This document shows positions 55,929 to 64,000 of a stretch of DNA of 64,000 bases, in pieces. Source of the DNA: Antedon mediterranea. Lineage: Eukaryota; Animalia; Echinodermata. Every line of letters starts with the position of its first letter. The stretch's first letter is position 1. The notes under the pieces were generated by a model. That model was not told the origin of the DNA and did no database searches. It saw only the letters and a list, made by a program, of their open reading frames with translations. The DNA lies in NCBI RefSeq assembly GCF_964355755.1, contig NC_092677.1, forward strand, positions 10,252,101 through 10,316,100, written 5' to 3'. Both the position numbers and the translations under genes were made by a program.

Positions 55929-58900
55929 TCATATCATGGGATTGGCGGAGTCATTCCGAGCCGGATCGGAATCGTCGCCGTTGTCATTTCTGCTTCGTAT
56001 AACTTTCCGTTTCCATACCACCACCACTACTAGTAATATGATTAGTGTCGCACATACAATCGGTAGTGGAATTTTAAATTTCAAATCATTTTGCGATTGC
56101 GATCCTAAAGTGAAAAAGAAACTAGTTATTATTAGATGAGTATATTATTATTAGCATTTGATTACAATTATAATTGGAGTTTTTTCATCATCGTTATCAT
56201 AATAATTATCATCATAATTGTTATCTCAATGTTTACATCATCTTTGTATTATTATCCCCAAAAAATATTAACAATTAAAACAAATAAGACTTTTTGAATA
56301 TTCCATTATTAGTCACTTCCGTAGAAATAAAAGAACACAAATAATGATTTAACTTATAAAAAGACACAATAAGCGGTTAATTTAACCAAAAATCCATTGT
56401 CTGACAAACAATTTGATGTTTTGTTTTAAATTACAGGTTTTTTCAGGTATATGCCTATAACTTTGATTATTCACTTTTTGATCAAAGTGAATTTTGTGAC
56501 ATTAAAGTGGTATATTCATGTTTTAATTATTTTTTCCGGTGTGGTGGAGGGGCGGGGGCATTAATCAATAATCATGCTACTGTGACAATTATAGTCAAAT
56601 GTTTTATAATAATATGATTTTAAATCATAAATGTAGTCATTTTAATACGTACGTTCAACATCTAGGGGTAATGACATTGTAGTTAAAGGATCTCGTTCGA
56701 TACAATGGCGTCGTCCTGGTTCAATGTATTGGTTCTCGGTCACTATAATGTAAAACATTACTGATAAGTTGAATTTACATAATAATTCCTATCGTACAAT
56801 ATCAATATTGATTTAGTTATAAAATCTCACGATAAATGTCTTTGTGCATAAGCTGTTGATAAACTGCTCGTTACGTCTCTTTGTTATCAGAGGGTTAATC
56901 ACTTTTACTCTAAAGTGTAATATATTGAACTGAATGAATAATTCATCTAATACCATGTTTAATCCCATTCTGAGACCGTTGATAATTCAGCTAATATCAT
57001 GATTAATCCCATACTATTAACTTAATCCCATACAAAACCGTGGATAATCCAGCAAATACCATATATAATATCATACTGTACATGAGACTGTAGTTAATCT
57101 ATCAAAAAACCATACTGAATCCATAGAAAATATATATAATTCCATAGAAGACCGTAATAAGTATTATGTTAATTCGGCGATTATTCATCAAATATCATGT
57201 TTAATCACATACTAGACCGTGATAATCTATAAGTTTAATTCCATACAGAGACCGTGGATAATCTACCTAAAAAATCATTTTGAATCCTATACTTAATCCA
57301 GATAATATATATTTGTTAATCCCATACAGAGACCGTGATAATCTATCAAGTATTATGTTAATATAATACTAAATCCGTGGATAATCCATCAAATACCATG
57401 TTTAATCTCATACTAAGACCATGATAATCTATCTAATCCATACAGAGAACGTGGATAATCTATCTAAAAAATCATATTCAATCCCATACTGTGAGCAATA
57501 TATGTTTTAATCACATACTGTGGACAATAATTATATGTTTTGTGAAAAAGGCAGTGGCTATCAAAGATGATCAATTTCATCCGGCCTCTAGTATGTTCCA
57601 GTTGATGCGCAGCGGTCGGCGATTTCGTTCTATTAAGGCCAATAAGGCACGATTTACAAATAGTTTCTTTCTAGGAGCTATTAGAGGCTTAAACATCATG
57701 TAGACACTTTGTGTAATGTTTTTGTTTAGAGTTCGTGTTGTGTCCGTTGGATATTGTGCTCCCCAAACAGAGCAAACAGAATTTCTATGTTTTTTCTTAA
57801 AACAAATGACAATAATGATACTTGATACTTGATGTCTTAATCCCATACGGAGACCATGGGTAATCCACATAACCAAAATAAATAACTATATCATCAACTT
57901 GCCTTGATCATCGTAGCAAAGACGATAATTTGGTAACTGATTATTCGCTAGAAAAAAAATAAACGACATGAATAAATATTGAGATAGTTTATGGGGAAAA
58001 AATACATGTACTTTTTTCAAAGTTTCATAGGGTGTACAATACACCTGGACTGATTTGATTTGAATTTGAATTTGATTTGAATTTATAGGAAAATCATCAT
58101 AAAATACAAAGTGATAACATACACTACTGACATTACAAATAATATATTTATAAAAGATTTTCCAGGATAGCCCAAAAAGCTTATTAGCTTATTTCCATTG
58201 GGATCCTTTCTAAAATGAAAAATATAAAAATTACAAAGTATTGCATTAAACACGTAAATATAACAAAAACAATAATATAATAAAACAAGTTAAATTAAAA
58301 GACTATGATTGACTTATAGTTATTTGGTTGAACAGAAATGTGATTTAACATTTTTCTTTAAATCAAATTTGTTTTCTATTTGCTGAATGGAATGAGGTAG
58401 GTTATTCCATGCCTTTATGCCTGTATAATAAAACGTTTTAGATATTTGACTATCAGATTTAGGAACTGCAAAACCATTGACACTACTTCTAGTCATATAA
58501 TGGTGGTTAGATGAAACTCTTTTAAACTTTTCAGTCAAATAAGGTACTGTTTTTTCATAAAAAATCTTATGAACATGATTAAGTTTGAGTTGGCAAATTC
58601 TATCCTCTAGACATAATTGACCGATTTGGTTCAGTTATAATTTGGACATTTATGTTAATTAATGTCCATATGTGTACCTTCAGAGGATTTATAAAAAAGT
58701 AAAGACAAGCTTTACTATGTTGAATTGATTTGATTTTTCAATATAACGTCAATTGTCAGTTTTGGTATTGCTAATAAATGAAACCTCTCGTAGTGACGTC
58801 ATAATCGTGCGAATCCACTATAATATTAAAATTGTATGGACAGCTGTTGCCGTTGCTTAATTGGAAATATCCTTATTATCATTGTTGTTTATTATTATTT

Positions 58901-61900
58901 TATTATACTTCCTTGTATCCCTTGGCATTCAGTCTTTGTCATTTTAAACAAACATTTTGCCATGCTTGTTCTCATCGATATTTTTATTTGTGACGTTATG
59001 ATCCCTTTGTCAGACAGACGATCATGTATGTCTCATAATCATCATAATTGCTTCCATCTTCTTTACTCAGCTGCCGTGTGTTGTCATAATGGGCTACTAT
59101 TCAAACCTTTGGCATTAATGGCGGACCATACCTTAACTTATCGATAGAATACTGAATACTGTCTGTCTGCAGATCAGCTAAAGCCAGAACCCCCCCCCCC
59201 CCTTCCACACCTCCCGCGAGGGTTTTCTGTTTCACCATACAATAATAATTATCACGTATTATCACTACATACATAGTATATTAGTAATACATAGTATACC
59301 TGGTAATATACAATCTATAGTTAGTATATGGTAACTACTCGGCTTCCTATCCAATTCAGTTCTATTACATTTGTCGAACTTTCCATAACCAGTGCGTGGA
59401 CATGTCCATTTGTACGGTGGATTAGTAACGTTTGTAATGCCATACTGAAAACTGTAATTTAAATTCATAACAAATGTTCAGACATTGGCTAGTTCTAAAA
59501 ATAATTTTTAATAGAATGTATTACTTCGTTGTAGTCTTTTAAGTACCTTCTTTGATAACATACATGCAATTTCCATGCTCTAAATTTAGCTCGGTTCTAG
59601 GACAAAACGCAATTCAACGTAAGCGCAACGCAAGCGAGTTGACCAATGATCCGTCGCTTGTGATAGGCCTACTGCAGTGATAATAAATATTACACTTACA
59701 TTAGTAATTTGAATTTTTATTTAGTTTTTGTGTTATTTCGATTAAATATTACTTACTATTCTTTTGTTTGTTGTCGTGTTTTATTGTTGTTAAGAAGTCC
59801 GATCGTCGGACAAACAAAGTTCCTTGTAGTTGGACTATTCCTCCAGTTAACCATAAACCAGGAACCGTTTGTATAGACAGTTACTACGCCACTTGTTAAA
59901 ACACCATCTCTATCCACTGTTTGATTTGATTTCAACTCTAATGCCCCTTCTGTCAACAACAAATAAAACAACAATGTTTGTTGAGACCACTTGAAAATAC
60001 TTGTTTGTTTGGATTAGAATGGATTGAAAACGCTATTTCTTTTCCATGAAAGGATGTCATCCTCCCTAACCACTCCTCATCTCTCTTCATTTACAACAAA
60101 ATTTCTTTTTAAATATGAAATTAGAAATCGGGTATCTTTTGATTTTAGTTGAATACAGTAGGACCCCTCCTTATGGGACACATTCAATGGACACCTCTAT
60201 GGACGTACAAGGCCTAGGGACTAGAAAAGGATACTAAAAGGACTTTTTGAATGGTGTCCCCTTAATAGGAGTTCTATTGTATTTCAGATCGGGTGTTCTA
60301 AAATAAATGATATGTCTAATATTTACGTACCCCCATAGCATCTGAGACCTAGCTGATATCGTTTTCGGTAGCAGTCACAATCAGCCAATCGAAAGCAATA
60401 ATTCGAGGTGTTTGTTGGATTGTCGCAATTTGACAACATCACCATCGATTCATCATGGTTAGTTTCGTCAAAACATCTACAGTGTGAAGAAATTGATATT
60501 GAATGTTTTACGCAATGAACGTGATTTTGAAATCAAATTCAGCATTTTTAGTTTTTCACAAACACAGGAAATCCAGTACTCATTGTAAACGGTTTTGATA
60601 ATTTAGTATTTTTTATTTCATAAAGGTAAAGGTATTTATATTTGTCCTCAAGCTTAACTGGAAACTGAGGAAATTCGGATTAGGCCCTCCACGGACCCAC
60701 GGCAGCCAGCAGTGCAGCGCCTACCAGATGATCAGCACACCGGGGGACGATCCCCTACTCTTTTCGAATAGCACTGTTATCATGAGATAATAATACTAAT
60801 TATATTATAAGATGACGTCAAAGTATGGTGATGAGAGTAGATGCCAGTTATGCGTAAAATTTGTTCAAATAATATGAGGAAATTCTGTCGTTAAATATAA
60901 CAAAATGCTTCTTGATTGATATAAACAGCGTTTGTCTAATACTAATAGGCCTAGCGTGACCGGAACTTTTAAGAAAATTCTGTCGTGAAATATTAAAAAA
61001 TGCTTCTCAAAACATTTAATGAAGAAATTGGCATTAAATTTTTTACGCATTGAACATGATCACAATCACAAACCATAGAGATATTATACTCTATGCACAG
61101 ACATAGGAAATCCAATATCCCTTGTAAACGGATTTGATAATTTGATAATGTATAGTATTTGTATTATTTTTATGAGATAATAATACTAATTATATTATAA
61201 GATGACGTCAAAGTATGGTGATGAGAGTAGATGCCAGTTATCCGTAAAAAAATTTCAAATAATATCAGGAAATTCTGTCGTTAAATATTACAAAATGCTT
61301 CTTGATTGATATAAACAGCGTTTGTCTAGGCCTAGCGTCACCGGAACTGAAGATTATCCTTATTTAAATTTTAAATCCGCGCGCCGCGGAGAATGTGTAT
61401 ATAGTACAATACTGTTGGTATTTGTCGCGTCGCAGCCAGACATAAGATCAAAGAACTGTTACTAGTTCTTATCTTTGCAGCGAGTTCAGTATCAGTTAGA
61501 TGAAAATTGGAAAATCAGCACTGTGGTCATGTTTTAAGAGTTGTCAAAACAATATAGATTATCTGATAAAACTCCTAGAAAGTAGGAATACTTTTGCCAT
61601 TTTTCCCCCCTGACTGGTATCCTGTTGTTAGAATGCCTTGCATGATCCAGGGAGCTGTTATTTGCATGAACTATTTTCGACCCGGATTGATTAAATGAGT
61701 GTGGGATTGAATTGCTCTTTAAATAGACACGAGTCATTTCCCCGAATATGTTTTCATTTCTAGTAGTCCGATATATAGTTCCTAATTATATAGAAATGTT
61801 TTGCAATATTCCACCCATCCATATCCTCCCTTTATTGTCCTAAATCATAACCCCTTCCAAATTGTTAATAGTCATGTCTTTGGTATGGGTACTTTTGTTG

Positions 61901-63989
61901 CCATACATCGTTATAGGCGTCAATCTATTATAGAAAGTAAACGTTAACCAAACATTTGTAAAGCTACACTATCAAAACAGTTTTACAAAAAAAGTGTGAT
62001 ATTCCTAAATATGGTAGTGATATGACATCATTATGTCCATATATGGGCACATCAATTTTTTTTGTCCCATAAAGTTTGATAGTGTAGACAGAGTGTTTAA
62101 CAAATGTACGTTATGACTGCAGTATGTCTATTATTGCGAATGGGTGGCATCAACTAAAATAAGATATTTCACGAACGAGAATCAGAAACACCTCTTGGTT
62201 CTTTTTCTATTCAATGCGACCTATTAATAATTTCATTTTTATTTAAATGTTTACTAAATAATTACTCTTATTGTATTAGTCAAAAGTAAACTACTAAAGA
62301 AAGCCAACAAATTATCAAGTAAACGGCAAAAATAATTTGATCTAATAATTTGTGTTTTTTTTTTAATGAATCTAGACCTACCATTTAAAATGGTTAATCA
62401 ACTATTATTCTATTTTTCAAGGTAAACTATTGAAAAACAACAATTATTATCCAACAGTGTATCAAAACACTAAGATTGCCATACAATACAATTATCAAGT
62501 AATTTATAATTCCAGTAAAAGAAATGTCATTTTTATTTATTTATTTATTTTTTATTTAACAACATATTTATACAGGATAATACACAATCAAGTAGAAATA
62601 AACTTGTTTTGCATTGTGGTCCTGTCGACAAAAACGGATACAAATTTAAATCTTATACAATTACAATTAATAATAAATCAACAACAAATATAAACTGGAA
62701 GTTAAATTTTATTAAAAGAAATGAGATCTGTATCTAGCTTTAGAGGACATAATCGTGTGTGAATGTTTTATATATGCTGGCAAGTCATTCCATATTTTTC
62801 CGCCTGCAACTTTAAAAGACGAATCCATTTTTATATTCTTAATGAAATGGAGTTTAGAATAGAATGTCCCAGTAATGACTGTAGTAATTTGTTTAATGTA
62901 TTTGTGATATTTTCTTTTTATCTATATCTTTGTTTTTGTTATTGTTTGTGATCCCTGAGCACAGGGTGTTTTTTTATGGAAAAGAAAAATAAAAAATAAA
63001 TTTTTGAAACAAAGAATACATTTTGGAAAAACTATTTTGATAAAAACAAAAATAAATTTTTTGGGGAAAAAAATATCAAGTAGGCCTAAACGGGAAAATA
63101 GTGTGACCTAATATTTGTGTATACTTAATTTCATTTTTATTCAAATTCTTAATAAATTATTATTTTATTAATCAAAATATCGAAAGTAAACTCTGGGAAA
63201 GAGGCCACAACAGTCTAGATTAGCACTGTATACACACGCAAATACAAAGCCTAATTTTAACTTTATATTATTTTTTAGTAAAATAATATCCCAAAATTAT
63301 ACTATTATAATTATTATTAAGGTCCTGTCAATTCTTCTAATTTTCAATTTCTTAGTAATCCGGGTTTGCTCTTTCTTTTAGGGAAATACCCCAATTGTCT
63401 TCGCTAGAGAATTATCGAATTTCACACCCGCTTATTGCAAAATGTTGTTTAATCGATTTTCTATGGAAATTGATGAGCACAATAACTAGACTATGTTGTT
63501 ATTGCACAATGCGAGCGAACTATTTCGTACAATAAAATTTGTACAAAATATCCGTTCCGACCTTGTTTAGTGTCACATCCTTACAAACATTCACTGTGGA
63601 GGAGAGATTGTATTTTTTTTCTTCTGTCAAAATGATATATTTTCGATGCTATCACTGAGTATGGTTTTGAGCTACGATTTCCGAGAATGGATTTTAATAC
63701 CTTTCAAATAAACTAAACAGTAGAGATTCATAATAGAAAATTAGCAATATAGTAGGTACGTATAAGCAAAGAATATCTTAGTATAAATAAGTGTCTACTT
63801 ACTGAGAACGAGGATATATCTTGCTGGCTCCTGCAAATCCAGCCATCTGACATAGTACATTAGCCTGATCCTGTTCAACACCCACGCTACACACCGTATA
63901 TTTTGTGTCATTATATTTCACAACCAGCGTGCCTTCAAATCTGTTTCGCCCGGTAGGTTCTAAATAAAGCGATGCCGTCGCTCCAAGGC
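55929..63989 (-). CDS. Type-I membrane protein with two divergent SRCR-like domains (paralog B; 5' exon(s) lie beyond the window end)
   Basis: Exons 63803-63989 + 60331-60476 (RFEGTLVVKYNDTKYTVCSVGVEQDQANVLCQMAGF..C..C..C..C.C..LRC), 59757-59949 + 59300-59451 (GVVTVYTNGSW..FVCPTIGL..FQYG..C..C..IDC), 57903-57947 (followed by a GC donor), 56653-56742, and 55929-56104 (TM IPLPIVCATLIILLVVVVVW, KRK, tail ..NPMI*). It has the same 1-2-1 intron-phase pattern per domain as paralog A. Confidence 0.75.
56945..57875. repeat. Degenerate ~40-bp tandem repeat interrupted by a LINE 3' fragment (~57530-57835)
   Basis: AATCCCATACAGAGACCGTGGATAATCTATC variants. The insert encodes HPASSMFQLMRSGRRFRSIKANKARFTNSFFLGAIR, a typical LINE ORF2 C-terminus. 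Confidence 0.7.
58050..58660 (-). mobile_element. LINE (CR1/L2-like) 3' fragment
   Basis: ORF 58320-58538 H.YMTRS..F.VP..KTFYYTGIKAWNNLP.SIQ is a LINE ORF2 C-terminal motif; a (CAAAT)n-like tail lies near 58050-58082. Confidence 0.7.
60154..60281. mobile_element. TA-flanked pogo/Tigger-like MITE
   Basis: TACAGTAGGACCCCTCCTTATGGGACAC ... GTGTCCCCTTAATAGGAGTTCTATTGTA. Related ends occur at ~3970-4085 and ~5028-5075. Confidence 0.6.
60782..61347. repeat. Local duplication of a ~180-bp block in an intron of paralog B
   Basis: ATGAGATAATAATACTAATTATATTATAAGATGACGTCAAAG.. occurs at 60782 and 61172. Confidence 0.8.
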
Positions 63990-64000
63990 CTGACAAAAAT

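Overview
AT-rich, intron-rich eukaryotic DNA from a metazoan. A marine invertebrate, possibly an echinoderm, is inferred from the repeat families and protein sequences. Most ORFs in the supplied track are artefacts, so spliced genes were rebuilt by hand using splice sites and reading-frame phase. The window holds: (1) an omega-class glutathione S-transferase (+, 6 exons, 2204-4436); (2) a complete meckelin/TMEM67 gene (-, 29 exons, ~990 aa, 5631-22771) with one U12-type minor-spliceosome intron; (3) mitochondrial AGXT2 (+, 13 exons, ~503 aa, 22956-29112), head-to-head with TMEM67 with only 184 bp between start codons, whose intron 10 is filled by 8 tandem copies of its own exon end plus 5' splice site; and (4) two tandem, strongly diverged paralogous genes (-, 33645-44831 and 55929 to beyond the window end) for type-I membrane proteins with two atypical SRCR-like domains, a micro-exon-encoded stalk, a TM helix and a short acidic tail. 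Introns and intergenic DNA carry many MITEs, a 3.9-kb Academ-like element with a minisatellite cargo, a Helentron-like element, tRNA-derived SINEs, LINE fragments and several minisatellites. There are no prokaryotic features, rRNA genes or CRISPR arrays.
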